Of a stretch of DNA of 64,000 nt, positions 17,462 through 33,870 are shown in pieces. The position numbers and the translations under genes were made by a program. The stretch's first letter is position 1. The number at the start of each line of letters is the position of its first letter. The notes beneath the pieces were generated by a model. It saw only the letters and a program-made list of their open reading frames with translations. It did not search any database and was not told the origin of the DNA. This DNA is from Eledone cirrhosa. Its lineage: Eukaryota. Location: contig OZ024748.1 of NCBI GenBank assembly GCA_964016885.1, positions 46,562,001-46,626,000 of the forward strand, written 5' to 3'.

Positions 17462-18262
17462 CAGGAAAGGTCAGTAATTTCTTACTACCTTATTACCAGT
17501 AAGATAAATAGCTCAAGTTACTTTACAGAGCAGGAAAATAAATAAATTAGGCAATTATCAAAGTTGTGTTCAAATCATTTAATAGCTGACAATCGTTTCT
17601 TCCAAACCCTCGTTTGAATTCATCAGAGCATTACCAATGTTTGTACATGTAATTAACCTCCTATTCAACTGAACAATAATATAGATACATATATATTGAT
17701 ATTGTGAGCAACAGTTTCGTATTTACAGGGTGGAATGGATGTAACATATATTTACGAGAATTGTACAAAAATTCAAATTCAAATAAAAAGCACAGAGAGG
17801 AATACATGCAATAGATAGTACAAGAGAATAGTCTAATAATTAAAGAGGCATTGAGAAAGTAGCTTTGAGAAAGAAAGAGTACATTAGCAATACATATGCA
17901 GGCGTGTAGAAAGTGGTGCACATAAGTTAGTCATATATATGAGAAGGAAATAAGCAATATATGAGAAGGAAATAATACATATATAGATAAATAAATACTG
18001 TATTTTAAGCAAATATGTTAATGTATTAAAATCTATGGCGGATGTAGTATGTTGATAGTGTTTGAACTTGTGTGTTGAGAAAAACAAAGTTATTGCAGTC
18101 TTTTCCATTACATATGTTGAATTATATTTTAGTTAATGTTTATATTGAATGTTTTAAGTTAGTGTATGCAATGGAGTGTAGATTAGTCTTATTCATGGAC
18201 TATAGTTGTTCAACTGGTAGATTTTCCAACAGTTAATTTATTTATATATATATATATATATA

Positions 18263-18480
18263 TTGGGGGCGGTTGACCAGGCTAGAAGCTGCTAAATATT
18301 CGGTCGCCCTCATATCTCTGATTTTCAGCCCCATCGATTTTGTCTATTATATTCCTTTTTTATATTTCGAATACCTAATGATGTCACCGGATTCATACTG
18401 AAACCAGGTCATTGAAATGATCATATTATAATAAACCTTTTAAGGAATTACACCAGTCCAGCCTCCTGTTATTTTATAAT
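18263..18480 (+). mobile_element. Short insert between (TA)n tracts with a degenerate HHR (pLTR-like)
   Basis: CTAATGA (18375)...GAAACCAGGTC (18400-18410), TTTCGAAT/ATTGAAA partial helix I, AATAAA downstream. Confidence 0.4.
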
Positions 18481-19791
18481 ATATATATATATATACATGG
18501 AAAGTTATATTTAAATTGTTGGGTTACAACTAGTAAATATTTATAACTGATATAAAAGCACTCGACAAGTATTTGGAGTATATTTACGATATTAAATAAA
18601 TGGAAACTATATTTATAAAACCATATTTATTTCATTATATATATTTCAGGGATATCATATTAACAATATGCTATGCCTTCCTCAGACAAAATACAATATA
18701 AACAGTTTTATAGATAAATAGATTTGACATACCGTACAACATCGACTTGTATTTGAAAAGTTGAATTGGCAGTGAAAAAATTGTACACAGAGAGAAAGAA
18801 AGAGAGAAAAAGGAAAGAAAGACAGAAAACGAAGAAAAAGAAGAAAAAGAAGAAATGCATGGAACAAAATAGCGAGATGGAAAGATATATAAAGAGAAGA
18901 ACATCATGTAAAGAAACAGAGATATATATATATAGAGAGAGAGAGGAAATAGAGATAGATATATATATATATATAGAAAACTAGGTAGTGGGAGCATCCG
19001 TTGAGTAAACGTATCAATGATACATTTATTTATTTATTTATTTATTTAGCTCTAGTATTAATGTAAGGGAGATATATGTGGTTAGGAGAGAAACCAGCTG
19101 TTATATAGAGAGAAAAATTAAAAATAACCAGACATAGGCGAGGCGTAAAAACCCTATGTTTTAATGTAGAGGTATTAGTATGTATAAAAACCAGCCACTA
19201 TATTGTAAAAATCAGTATTCCTGAATGAGACATGTATCCATAATGTGTGAAAAGTAATGATCTTATGTTTAGTTTTTTAAAAAAATTCATATGTTTATGT
19301 GATAACTACAAACATCTATGTGAATTTACATGATCAACTCTGCAAACCCTAAGTTCACGGAAAACATTCTCATTGTGCTATAAAAATTTAAGTATACATA
19401 TATGTGTATATATATACACACATATATATATAGAGTCTATATTACTACTATTGTCTTTACTCTACAAGATTATCTATCAAGCAGAAATAGAGAGCAGATT
19501 TCAATATATTAATAAAAAAATATATATCAGAAACAAAACCAAAAAATAACAATAATAATAATAATAATAAATAATAATAAAATAGAAAACTAAAAAATAT
19601 TACGAAAGAATATTACATATTAAAAATATTACATATTAAAAATAAAAATATTAGAAAATACTACAATAATAAAAATAAACCACAAAGATCAACCCTTCAA
19701 AATTAATTGCCAATATATTGCCAAGTTCATTTTAAGCATCAGAGTCGAAAAACAGATAAAGCTAAAAATTATTTATCAAATCGCATCTAGC

Positions 19792-20070
19792 AAAAATTCT
19801 TTCACAGATCCAAGCAAAAAATCTTCAACGGCACTATCAGGCGTACTCTGGCAACTTAAGCTAGATAACGTTAGATATTCGACGGCTTGGAATATAGTCT
19901 CAAGAGGGATTCCTTTTAATTCATCCTCTGAGACATGTGACCTCTGCGCAGAGGAGATATTCTTTATACTAAAATCTAAAAATTCCCTTAATCTACGGAC
20001 AAATTTATTCAGTTGCTGCAAACATAGATTAAACTCAACTTTTAAATATAAATTTAAATTTAAAATGTAG
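19792..20070 (+). pseudogene. C-terminal fragment of PLE GIY-YIG endonuclease (92 aa, no start codon; absent from the ORF track)
   Basis: KNSFTDPSKKSSTALSGVLWQLKLDNVRYSTAWNIVSRGIPFNSSSETCDLCAEEIFFILKSKNSLNLRTNLFSCCKHRL...* fits the ST.LS..W.LK...W.I....CxLC..E...LN.R....CxH pattern of aquatic-invertebrate PLEs. Confidence 0.85.
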
Positions 20071-21395
20071 TATATTTAGTTTCATTTATAATTATATGGG
20101 AAACTAGCCGATAAATCTTTCAATTTCTTCTTTTTATTCTTTTTTATTTTATTTTTATTTTTATTTAAACATTCTTCATGAAAAATTAAGCTACCCTAAA
20201 AGTTGATGCTTCAAATATTTCGAATAAACGTTACACTAGATAAACTTCTATATTAAATATAAGAACACATGTAGACCAAATGGGCATCCTAAACTTTTTG
20301 AAATGATTTTTGCTAGATGCGATTTGATAAATAATTTTTAGCTTTATCTGTTTTTCGACTCTGATGCTTAAAATGAACTTGGCAATATATTGTCAATTAA
20401 TTTTGAAGGGTTGATCTTTGTGGTTTATTTTTATTATTGTAGTATTTTCTAATATTTTTATTTTTAATATGTAATATTTTTAATATGTAATATTCTTTCG
20501 TAATATTTTTTAGTTTTCTATTTTATTATTATTTATTATTATTATTATTATTGTTATTTTTTGGTTTTGTTTCTGATATATATTTTTTTATTAATATATT
20601 GAAATCTGCTCTCTATTTCTGCTTGATAGATAATCTTGTAGAGTAAAGACAATAGTAGTAATATAGACTCTATATATATGTGTGTGTATATATATACACA
20701 TATATGTATACTTAAATTTTTATAGCACAATGAGAATGTTTTCCGTGAACTTAGGGTTTGCAGAGTTGATCATGTAAATTCACATAGATGGTTGTAGTTA
20801 TCACAGAAACATATTAATTTTTTAAAAAAACTAATCATAAGATCATTACTTTTCACACATTATGGATACATGTCTCATTCAGGAATACTGATTTTTACAA
20901 TATAGTGGCTGGTTTTAATACCTCTACATTAAAACATAGGGTTTTTACGCCTCGCCTATGTCTGGTTATTTTTAATTTTTCTCTCTATATAACAGCTGGT
21001 TTCTCTCCTAACCACATATATCTCCCTTACATTAATACTAGAGCTAAATAAATAAATAAATAAATAAATGTATCATTGATACGTTTACTCAACGGATGCT
21101 CCCACTACCTAGTTTTCTATATATATATATCTATCTCTATTTCCTCTCTCTCTATATATATATCTCTCTCTGTTTCTTTACATGATGTTCTTCTCTTTAT
21201 ATATCTTTCCATCTCGCTATTTTGTTCCATGCATTTCTTCTTTTTCTTCTTTTTCTTCGTTTTCTGTCTTTCTTTCCTTTTTCTCTCTTTCTTTCTCTCT
21301 GTGTACAATTTTTTCACTGCCAATTCAACTTTTCAAATACAAGTCGATGTTGTACGGTATGTCAAATCTATTTATCTATAAAACTGTTTATATTG

Positions 21396-21461
21396 TATTT
21401 TGTCTGAGGAAGGCATAGCATATTGTTAATATGATATCCCTGAAATATATATAATGAAATA
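21396..21461 (+). ncRNA. Type I hammerhead ribozyme motif (mirror at 18628-18693 on minus strand)
   Basis: TATTTTGT-CTGAGGA-helix II-GAAA-TATATA-TA-ATGAAATA. Confidence 0.72.
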
Positions 21462-21501
21462 AATATGGTTTTATAAATATAGTTTCCATTTATTTAATAT
21501 C

Positions 21502-21574
<73 letters not shown>

Positions 21575-21576
<2 letters not shown>

Positions 21577-21781
21577 CAACAGTGACATAAACAGGTTCTC
21601 AAGTTTCGTTCGGGTTCTGGACCCCAATTTCTTCAACCTGTAATGAGAAAAATGGAAAAGGCTAAAGAAATTGGGGCCCAGAACCCAACGAAACTTGAGT
21701 ACCTGTTTATGTCACTGTTGTAATTATCTATACTAAACTCGTCCTATGGACTGAGATATTTCCACTTAACTTTTACTCCAG
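21575..21781 (+). mobile_element. Small fold-back element (arms 21575-21639 / 21659-21722) containing a decayed HHR
   Basis: Consensus of the two arms gives ACAGG-CTGAAGA-..TTGGG/CCCAA..-GAAA-CTTGAG-TA-CCTGT; flanked by TA repeats. Confidence 0.7.
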
Positions 21782-21790
21782 TATACATAT

Positions 21791-21861
<71 letters not shown>

Positions 21862-22499
21862 TACGCCCACGCATTCACATACAGGCAAAGAAATCAGAAA
21901 GAGTTCCTTACAGGACGTTTCAAGGCATTGTTAAAAAAGTGAAAAAAAAAATGTCTAGCTGACACTTAGACGATGGTTTGAGTTTTATTACTTCCTCTTT
22001 GAATATCTTAAGAGCTTCTTCAGTTGGTGCTAGGGAAACAACGATAATATTACAACCAGTGACCTCTGAAACTTAGCATCTTCTCGATACTCGAATAATC
22101 GACCCACGCCGCTTATAATTTTTTCAGATTTTTCCACCACCCCTCGCTCTTATACTTCCCCGCGCTTATTAAATTGTGATAATGTATCTCCGGCGAAATT
22201 TTATTTTAAGTGGTAGCATTCCTGTGATAATTTAATTTATACATTAAGAAACATTATACGTGACTCAAAAAGTACATTACTAGAAACGCCACACGTTATA
22301 AAATAAATAGGATGTGTTGGAGATCTCAATATGTAAATTAATTGACCAATTCTGATTTTTAAATAAAATCAAGGGAGACAACGGAGACAACGTAGACATT
22401 TAACGATTTTCCACCCACCCCGCCTATTCCAACAGCCCTGCTTATTTCACCCCCGCCCACCACCCTGGTTGCATTATCCTCATGACTTTTATTATCATC

Positions 22500-23041
22500 C
22501 GGCCGAGGTTAACTTTGTTTTTAACCTTACGGGGTCGATAAAATAAAGTAACAGTAATACACTGGGATAATTTCTAGCCTTGTGACAAAATTAGAAGCAA
22601 TTATTATTATTGAGAGAGTGGATTGGCAGAACCGGTAGAGGGTCGGACGCCATACATTTCAGTATAGTTACGACCCGTTTCGGTCTGAGTTCAAATCCTG
22701 CCGAGGTTAACTTTGCCTTTTATCCTTACGTGTTCGATAAAATAAAGTACCAGTAACGTACTGGGGTCGATTTAATCGACTTTCCCCTCCCCCAAAATAG
22801 CTGGCTTTCTGCCGTGTGACTATATAAGAAACCATTATTATTATTCTTGTTATTATTAATATTATTATTGGCTGTATTGATAGAGAGTCGGACGTCATGC
22901 TTTGCAGCATAGAGTTACGTCTCTTTACGGTTTGAGTTCAAATCCCACCGAGGTTAAGTTTGCCTTACATCCTTACGGGGTCGATAAAATAAAGTACCAC
23001 TGGGATAATTGCTGGCCTTGTGCCAAAAGTAGAAACAATTA
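22500..23041 (+). mobile_element. Three tandem tRNA-derived SINE copies
   Basis: Repeated SINE core ending in (ATT)n tails. Confidence 0.9.
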
Positions 23042-23060
23042 TTATTATTATTATTATTAT

Positions 23061-23370
23061 GGGGCGAGAATGGCCCGTGTGAATGAGCCTACTCTGACCA
23101 TGCGCCTATAGGCTAGTTACCTTGAGGAGGGGGTGCTCTTCCTGGGTGCCCTAGAAGCGCAGGGTGGTTCAGGATTGGTGGGGTACCTGAGTCACCCCTG
23201 GGTCGTCCACCCCCTATAGGGGGATTTATTTTATTATATTTATGCATAGTTTATTTTATATTTTTTATATCTTCATTGTACACTTTTACTCGACCTTATT
23301 GTAAACCCCCACTGTCCCTGTCTTTGTATTGTACCCTACATATCGGCCCTTGTGGCTAATAAATGAAATC
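23061..23370 (+). mobile_element. 3' end of a LINE (Tx1/L1-like, tentative) inserted in (ATT)n
   Basis: ORF end ARMARVNEPTLTMRL*, GC-rich then T-rich 3' UTR, AATAAA, (ATT)n on both sides. Confidence 0.5.
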
Positions 23371-23639
23371 ATTATTATTGTTATTATTATTATTTTCGTA
23401 TTTCAATAATATTTTCCCTAACAATAATAATAACAAAAAGAACAACAACAACAAAAATAATAATTAAAAAAAATTAACAATAATTTTTATGTGTGAATCG
23501 TATTGCCAGTCATTCGAAAAAAGAAATGTCTTTTGTAAGTTCATTGAATGTACAAGACCAATGTTGTCTGCTCACATTAACTCGATATATTCTTTATTAT
23601 AATGGAGGTAACAACAACAACAATAACACTGAAAGCAAC

Positions 23640-26600
23640 AACGAGGCCGATTATATGAGACCGTCAACCACACTAACAACAACAGTAACAATGACACTAA
23701 ATACAACAACAAGGTCAATTATATGACAGCGTCAACCACACTAACAACAACAGCAACAATAACACTAAATACAACAACAAGGTCAATTATATGACAGCGT
23801 CAACCACACTAACAACAGCAACAATGACAATAAATACAACAACAAGGTCAATTATATGAGACCGTCATCAACCACACTAACATCAACTGCAACAATAACA
23901 CTAAATACAACAACAAGGTCAATTATATGACACCGTCAACCACACTAACAACAACAGCAACAATAACACTAAATACAACAACAAGGTCAATTATATGACA
24001 GCGTCAACCACACTAACAACAGCAGCAACAATAACACTAAATACAACAACAAGGTCAATTATATGACAGCGTCAACCACAATAACAACAGCAGCAACAAT
24101 GACAATAAATACAACAACAAGGTCAATTATATGACAGCGTCAACCACACTAACAACAACAGCAACAATGACTATAAATACAACAACAAGGTCAATTATAT
24201 GACAGCGTCAACCACACTAACAACAACAGCAACAATGACAATAAATACAACACCAAGGTCAATTATATGACAGCGTCAACCACAATAACAACAACAGCAA
24301 CAATAACACTAAATACAACAACAAGGTCAATTATATGACAGCGTCAACCACAATAACAACAACAGCAACAATGCCAATAAATACAACAACAAGGTCAATT
24401 ATATGACAGCGTCAACCACAATAACAACAACAGCAACAATAACACTAAATACAACAACAAGGTCAATTATATGACAGCGTCAACCACAATAACAACAGCA
24501 GCAACAATAACACTAAATACAACAACAAGGTCAATTATATGACAGCGTCAACCACAATAACAACAACAGCAACAATGACAATAAATACAACAACAAGGTC
24601 AATTATATGACAGCGTCAACCACAATAACAACAACAGCAACAATAACACTAAATACAACAACAAGGTCAATTATATGACAGCGTCAACCACAATAACAAC
24701 AGCAGCAACAATAACACTAAATACAACAACAAGGTCAATTATATGACAGCGTCAACCACACTAACAACAACAGCAACAATGACAATAAATACAACAACAA
24801 GGTCAATTATATGACAGCGTCAACCACAATAACAACAACAGCAACAATAACACTAAATACAACACCAAGGTCAATTATATGACAGCGTCAACCACAATAA
24901 CAACAACAGCAACAATAACACTAAATACAACAACAAGGTCAATTATATGACAGCGTCAACCACACTAACAACAACAGCAACAATGACAATAAATACAACA
25001 ACAAGGTCAATTATATGACAACGTCAACCACACTAACAACAACAGCAACAATGACACTAAATACAACAACAAGGTCAATTATATGACAGCGTCAACCACA
25101 CTAACAACAACAGCAACAATGACACTAAATACAACAACAAGGTCAATTATATGACAGCGTCAACCACAATAACAACAACAGCAACAATGACAATAAATAC
25201 AACAACAAGGTCAATTATATGACAGCGTCAACCACACTAACAACAACAGCAACAATGACACTAAATACAACAACAAGGTCAATTATATGACAGCGTCAAC
25301 CACACTAACAACAACAGCAACAATGACACTAAATACAACAACAATGTCAATTATATGACAGCGTCAACCACACTAACAACAACAGCAACAATGACAATAA
25401 ATACAACAACAAGGTCAATTATATGACACCGTCAACCACACTAACAACAGCAGCAACAATGACAATAAATACAACAACAAGGTCAATTATATGACAGCGT
25501 CAACCACACTAACATCAACAGCAACAATGACACTAAATACAACAACAAGGTCAATTATATGACAACGTCAACCACACTAACAACAACAGCAACAATGACA
25601 CTAAATACAACAACAAGGTCAATTATATGACAGCGTCAACCACACTAACATCAACTGCAACAATGACAATAAATACAACAACAAGGTCAATTATATGACA
25701 CCGTCAACCACACTAACAACAACAGCAACAATGACAATAAATACAACAACAAGGTCAATTATATGACACCGTCAACCACACTAACAACAACAGCAACAAT
25801 GACACTAAATACAACAACAAGGTCAATTATATGACAGCGTCAACCACACTAACATCAACTGCAACAATGACAATAAATACAACAACAAGGTCAATTATAT
25901 GACACCGTCAACCACACTTACAACAACAGCAACAATAACACTAAATACAACAACAAGGTCAATTATATGACACCGTCAACCACACTAACAACAACAGCAA
26001 CAATGACACTAAATACAACAACAAGGTCAATTATATGACAGCGTCAACCACACTAACATCAACTGCAACAATGACAATAAATACAACAACAAGGTCAATT
26101 ATATGACACCGTCAACCACACTAACAACAACAGCAACAATGACAATAAATACAACAACAAGGTCAATTATATGACACCGTCAACCACACTAACAACAACA
26201 GCAACAATGACACTAAATACAACAACAAGGTCAATTATATGACAGCGTCAACCACACTAACAACAACAGCAACAATGACAATATATACAACACCAAGGTC
26301 AATTATATGACAGCGTCAACCACAATAACAACAACAGCAACAATAACACTAAATACAACAACAAGGTCAATTATATGACAGCGTCAACCACACTAACAAC
26401 AGCAGCAACAATAACACTAAATACAACAACAAGTTCAATTATATGACAGCGTCAACCACAATAACAACAACAGCAACAATGACACTAAATACAACAACAA
26501 GGTCAATTATATGACAGCGTCAACCACACTAACAACAACAGCAACAATGACACTAAATACAACAACAAGGTCAATTATATGACACCGTCAACCACACTAA

Positions 26601-27560
26601 CAACAACAGCAACAATGACACTAAATACAACAACAAGGTCAATTATATGACACCGTCAACCACACTAACAACATCAGCAACAATAACACTAAATACAACA
26701 ACAAGGTCAATTATATGACAGCGTCAACCACACTAACAACATCAGCAATAATGACACTAAATACAACAACAAGGTCAATTATATGACAGCGTCAACCACA
26801 CTAACAACATCGGCAACAATAACACTAAATACAACAACAAGGTCAATTATATGACAGCGTCAACCACACTAACAACATCAGCAACAATAACACTAAATAC
26901 AACAACAAGGTCAATTATATGACAGCGTCAACCACACTAACAACAACAGCAACAATGACACTAAATACAACAACAAGGTCAATTATATGACACCGTCAAC
27001 CACACTAACAACAACAGCAACAATGACACTAAATACAACAACAAGGTCAATTATATGACACCGTCAACCACACTAACAACATCAGCAACAATGACACTAA
27101 ATACAACAACAAGGTCAATTATATGACAGCGTCAACCACACTAACAACAACAGCAACAATGACACTAAATACAACAACAAGGTCAATTATATGACACCGT
27201 CAACCACACTAACAACATCAGCAACAATAACACTAAATACAACAACAAGGTCAATTATATGACAGCGTCAACCACACTAACAACAACAGCAACAATGACA
27301 CTAAATACAACAACAAGGTCAATTATATGACAGCGTCAACCACACTAACAACAACAGCAACAATAACACTAAATACAACAACAAGGTCAATTATATGACA
27401 GCGTCAACCACACTAACAACAACAGCAACAATGACACTAAATACAACAACAAGGTCAATTATATGACAGCGTCAACCACACTAACAACAACAGCAACAAT
27501 AACACTAAATACAACAACAAGGTCAATTATATGACACCGTCAACCACACTAACAACAACA
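23640..27560. repeat. 68-bp minisatellite, about 57 units
   Basis: Unit ACAACAACAAGGTCAATTATATGACAGCGTCAACCACACTAACAACAACAGCAACAATGACACTAAAT; aaggtc at 23711 and 23779. Confidence 0.97.
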
Positions 27561-28170
27561 ACACCACCAAATCCACCACCTCCCACACCACTAACAACAA
27601 CATCAACACCACCAACAACCCCACAACATCCCACACCGACAATACCACCCCCAACCCCATCAACACCACCACCTGCCACACCAACAATACCACCCCAACC
27701 CCAACAACACCACCACCAACAAAACCACCAAAAATCCCACCCCTACCCCACCAACACCACCACCTCCCACACCAACAACAGCACCAACACCACCACCAAC
27801 CCCACCACCTCCTACACCAACAATACCACCACCAACCCCACCACCTCCTACACCACCTCCCACACCAACAGCACCACAAACACCACCACCAACCCCACCA
27901 CCTCCTACACCAACAATACCACCACCAACCCCACCACCTCCCACACCACCTCCCACACCAACAATACCACCACCAACCCCACCACCTCCCACACCAACAC
28001 CACCAACCGCACCACCTCCCACACCAACAACACCACCACCAACAACACCACCAACAATACCACCAACCCCACCATCTCCCACACTAACAACACCACCACC
28101 AACCCCACCACCTCCCACACCAACAACACCACCTCCCACACAAACAACAACCCCAACACCACCACCATCC
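27560..28170. repeat. ACC/AAC-rich degenerate repeat
   Basis: Direct reading. Confidence 0.9.
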
Positions 28171-28295
28171 GAACATTGACAATACAATGCACATCTCTAA
28201 CAAGACTCAATAATAAGACTAACAATGACGATATACAACCACAAATGTAATACAGGATATAGTTACAATTCTATCGTGTTACAGAGGTGTATGAC

Positions 28296-29010
<715 letters not shown>

Positions 29011-29236
29011 AGGTTGTTAGAATACAAGCGACAACAACGTAACAATGAGGTGTCGTTTTATTAAAAATGAATCTAAAGAGTGTTTCTTTGTTTGTCTTTT
29101 TCTTTTAATATGTTGACGCCGGGTTATATTGTGATGGAATGGCATGGGTTAGGTCGAGGATGTTCAACCGATGAACACACCACACTACAGGATAAACATC
29201 GATATCTCACGTATATATATACATATATACATACAA

Positions 29237-29299
<63 letters not shown>

Positions 29300-29412
29300 A
29301 TATATATAAACGTAAACAGAAATAATAAAAATGACAAAAGAAGCAACACATGTATGTAAATATATATATATGTGTGTGTGTGTATGTATATGTGTATATG
29401 TGTGTGTATATG

Positions 29413-29459
<47 letters not shown>

Positions 29460-29465
29460 GTATAA

Positions 29466-29505
<40 letters not shown>

Positions 29506-29724
29506 TTATATGTATATATATATATTTATTTATATGTATATATGTATATATATATATATATATAGTAATAATAATAAATGTGAAGACTAAATGAAGGATC
29601 GATAAGCATAAATATATATCAAAATATATAAAAAAAACCATAGAGCAAATATTTATTAAAATAACAGATTAAATTTTAAGCAAAGAATCGTTGCTTTCAT
29701 CCTTAACAGGATCTCCTGAAACTA

Positions 29725-29945
<221 letters not shown>

Positions 29946-30259
29946 CATATATATGTATATATACATATATATGTATATATACATATATATTTATATATAC
30001 ATATATAATATTTGGCTCCAAAAATAGGAGTAATAAAATTCAATGTATATGTAGGGTGATATATATTTTATTATAATTGTGAGGTTCCGCCAGTGACACT
30101 AGAGATAGGAAATTTCTTCGTGAGGAGATTTTGTTAAACTGCTCTTAAGCACGAAACAAAACGGCACTCTAATCACAGCTGTAACTAACTGGCGCAAGTA
30201 TCGCAAAGCATTCTAGTCACTGGTATACATAAACAGCTAATATAAAAACATTAATTAAC

Positions 30260-30530
30260 CGTGAGTTCAAATCCAGCCGTGGTTAACTTTGCCTTTCATC
30301 CTTACGGGGTCGATAAAATCAAGTACCAGTAACGTACTGGATTCGATTTAATCGATTTTCCCCCGCCCCCCAAATTGCTTGCCTTGTGCCCATATAAGAA
30401 ACCATTAATTAACCGTGAGTTCAAATCCTGCTGAGGTTAACTTTGCCTTTCAGTCTTACTGGGTTGATAAAATAAAGTACCCTTAATGCACTATGTATTT
30501 GCTGGCCTTGTGCCAAAAGTAGAAACAATT
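30260..30530 (+). mobile_element. Two 5'-truncated SINE copies, each starting after ATTAATTAACCG
   Basis: SINE core from the B-box onward, twice. Confidence 0.85.
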
Positions 30531-30949
30531 AATTAACCGGTGCGCAAATAGTGCAAGGCATTCTCTTGGGCCCTCATGCCTCTCTGTCAATTCCCGTTTC
30601 CCTTCGGTGTATCACTGGTACATATTTCATGGCGCCAGAAGGAACAATCCGAAGTAGAAACATTTCAACCTACAACCCCAAAGGGTTAATCCAGTAGTAG
30701 ACTCCCACTACCAACATTGTTAAAATACTGATAGCAACACCATTAAACAATGTCTGGTTTAATTATATAATATTATGTGCTAAGGGTGAGATTTATTTTG
30801 GCACTTCCTTTCGCTGCGGGCTATGTATTTATTTGCATATATTCTTTTTGTATACATATACACACACGCGCATATATACACACACACGTACATATATGCA
30901 TATATATATATATATATATATATACCTACGTGGGTGTATGCCGGCGTGC

Positions 30950-30984
<35 letters not shown>

Positions 30985-31359
30985 TGTGTATACGAGAATA
31001 CTCAGAAATAATAATGAGCAACTGGAGCAATTTGCTTGCTGGCTTCGTCATAAAACTGCTTCACCCTTCACCGTAGAATCTTTTGTGGTGCCATCAATGT
31101 GGGAATGTAAATCTAGAACATCACCTATACTGTTTATATATATTACAATAAGATAATTTAGCCGAGAGAAAACGAAAGGATAACAACAACAACAACAACA
31201 ATTACAATAATAATAATAAGGCTGTAAAACGTAAGGTAAACCATAGAAGAGTCCTCCTTAAAATAGATGCAATTATATACTCAATATAACATAGTCGTCC
31301 ATGACAACGGGAAATAACAACAGAAGCAAAAATAACTCCACCACAAACAGCTACAGCAA

Positions 31360-33870
31360 CAACACCATCAACACAACCGACATCACCACCACAACACCAC
31401 TAATAACACCGCTAAAGACACCAACAACACAACCGACATCACCACCACAACACCACTAATAACACCGCTAAAGATACGAACAATACAACTAACAACACCA
31501 CCACAACACCACAAATAACACCTCTAAAGACACCAACAATACAACTAACATCACCACCACAACACCACTAATAACACCGCTAAAGACACCAACAATACAA
31601 CTAACATCACCACCACAACACCACTAATAACACCGCTAAAGAAACCAACAATACAACTAACAACACCACCACAACACCACTAATAACACCGCTAAAGAAA
31701 CCAACAATACAACTAACAACACCACCACAACACCACTAATAACACCGCTAAAGACACCAACAATACAACTAACAACACCACCACAATACCACAACACCAC
31801 TAAAGACACCAACAATACAACTAACAACAACACCACAACACCACTAATAACGCCACTAAAGACACCAACAATACAACTAACATCACCACCACAACACCAC
31901 TAATAACACCGCTAAAGACACCAACAATACAACTAACAACACCACCACAACACCACTAATAACACCGCTAAAGAAACCAACAATACAACTAACAACACCA
32001 CCACAACACCACTAATAACACCGCTAAAGAAACCAACAATACAACTAACAACACCACCACAACACCACTAATAACACCGCTAAAGACACCAACAATACAA
32101 CTAACAACACCACCACAATACCACAACACCACTAAAGACACCAACAATACAACTAACAACAACACCACAACACCACTAATAACACCACTAAAGACACCAA
32201 CAATACAACTAACATCACCACCACAACACCACTAATAACACCGCTAAAGACACCAACAATACAACTAACAACACCACCACAACACCACTAATAACACCGC
32301 TAAAGAAACCAACAATACAACTAACAACACCACCACAACACCACTAATAACACCGCTAAAGAAACCAACAATACAACTAACAACACCACCACAACACCAC
32401 TAATAACACCGCTAAAGACACCAACAATACAACTAACAACACCACCACAATACCACAACACCACTAAAGACACCAACAATACAACTAACAACAACACCAC
32501 AACACCACTAATAACACCGCTAATAACACCAACAATACAACTAACAACACCACCACAACACCACTAATAACACCGCTAAAGACACCAACAATACAACTAA
32601 CAACACCACCACAACACAACTAATAACACCACTAAAAACACCAACAATACAACTAACATCACCACCACAACACCACTAATAACACCGCTAAAGACACCAA
32701 CAATACAACTAACAACACCACCACAACACCACTAATAACACCACTAAAAACACCAACAATACAACTAACAACACCACCACAACACCACTAATAACACCGC
32801 TAAAGACACCAACAATACAACTAACAACACCACCACAACACCACTAATAACACCGCTAATAACACCAACAATACAACTAACAACAACACCACAACACCAC
32901 TAATAACACCGCTAAAGACACCAACAATACAACTAACAACACCACCACAACACCACTAATAACACCACTAAAAACACCAACAATACAACTAACATCACCA
33001 CCACAACACCACTATTAACACCGCTAATAACACCAACAATACAACTAACAACACCACCACAACACCACTAATAACACCGCTAAAGATACCAACAATACAA
33101 CTAATAACAACACCACAACACCACTAATAACACCGGTAATAACACCAACAATACAACTAACAACACCACCAAAACACCACTAATAACACCGCTAAAGACA
33201 CCAACAATACAACTAACAACACCACCACAACACCACTAATAACACCGCTAAAGACACCAACAATACAACTAACAACACCACCACAACACCACTAATAACA
33301 CCGCTAATTACACCAACAATACAACTAACAACAACACCACAACACCACTAATAACACCGCTAAAGACACCAACAATACAACTAACAACACCACCACAACA
33401 CCACTAATAACACTGCTAAAGACACCAACAATACAACTAACAACAACACCACAACACCACTAATAACACCGCTAAAGACACCAACAATACAACTAACAAC
33501 ACCACCACAACACCAATAATAACACCGCTAAAGACACCAACAATACAACCGACAACACCACCACAACACCACTAATAACACCGCTAAAGACACCAACAAT
33601 ACAACTAACAACACCACCACAACACCACTAATAACACCGCTAAAGACACCAACAATACAACTAACAACACCACCACAACACCAATAATAACACCGCTAAA
33701 GACACCAACAATACAACCGACAACACCACCACAACACCACTAATAACATCGCTAAAGACACCAACAATACAACTAACAACACCACCACAACACCACTAAT
33801 AACACCGCTAAAGACACCAACAATACAACTAACATCAGCACCACAACCCCACTAATAACACCGCTAAAGA
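31360..33870. repeat. 56-bp minisatellite, about 45 units, with 332-bp higher-order repeat
   Basis: Unit CACCAACAATACAACTAACAACACCACCACAACACCACTAATAACACCGCTAAAGA; variant ccacaatacc at 31781, 32113 and 32445. Confidence 0.95.

Larger units (their letters stand above)
18587..21502 (+). mobile_element. 5'-truncated Penelope-like retroelement with ~1.2-kb inverted arms (18587-19797 / 20306-21502)
   Basis: Near-identical inverted arms; spacer encodes a GIY-YIG C-terminus; HHR near each outer end; (TA)n at right flank. Confidence 0.88.

Noticed and set aside
19776-20021. 81-aa minus-strand ORF in the track
   Set aside because: Antisense shadow of the plus-strand GIY-YIG fragment
23640-27560. CRISPR-like regular array
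   Set aside because: Units are contiguous near-identical repeats with no unique spacers, no cas genes, and the context is eukaryotic
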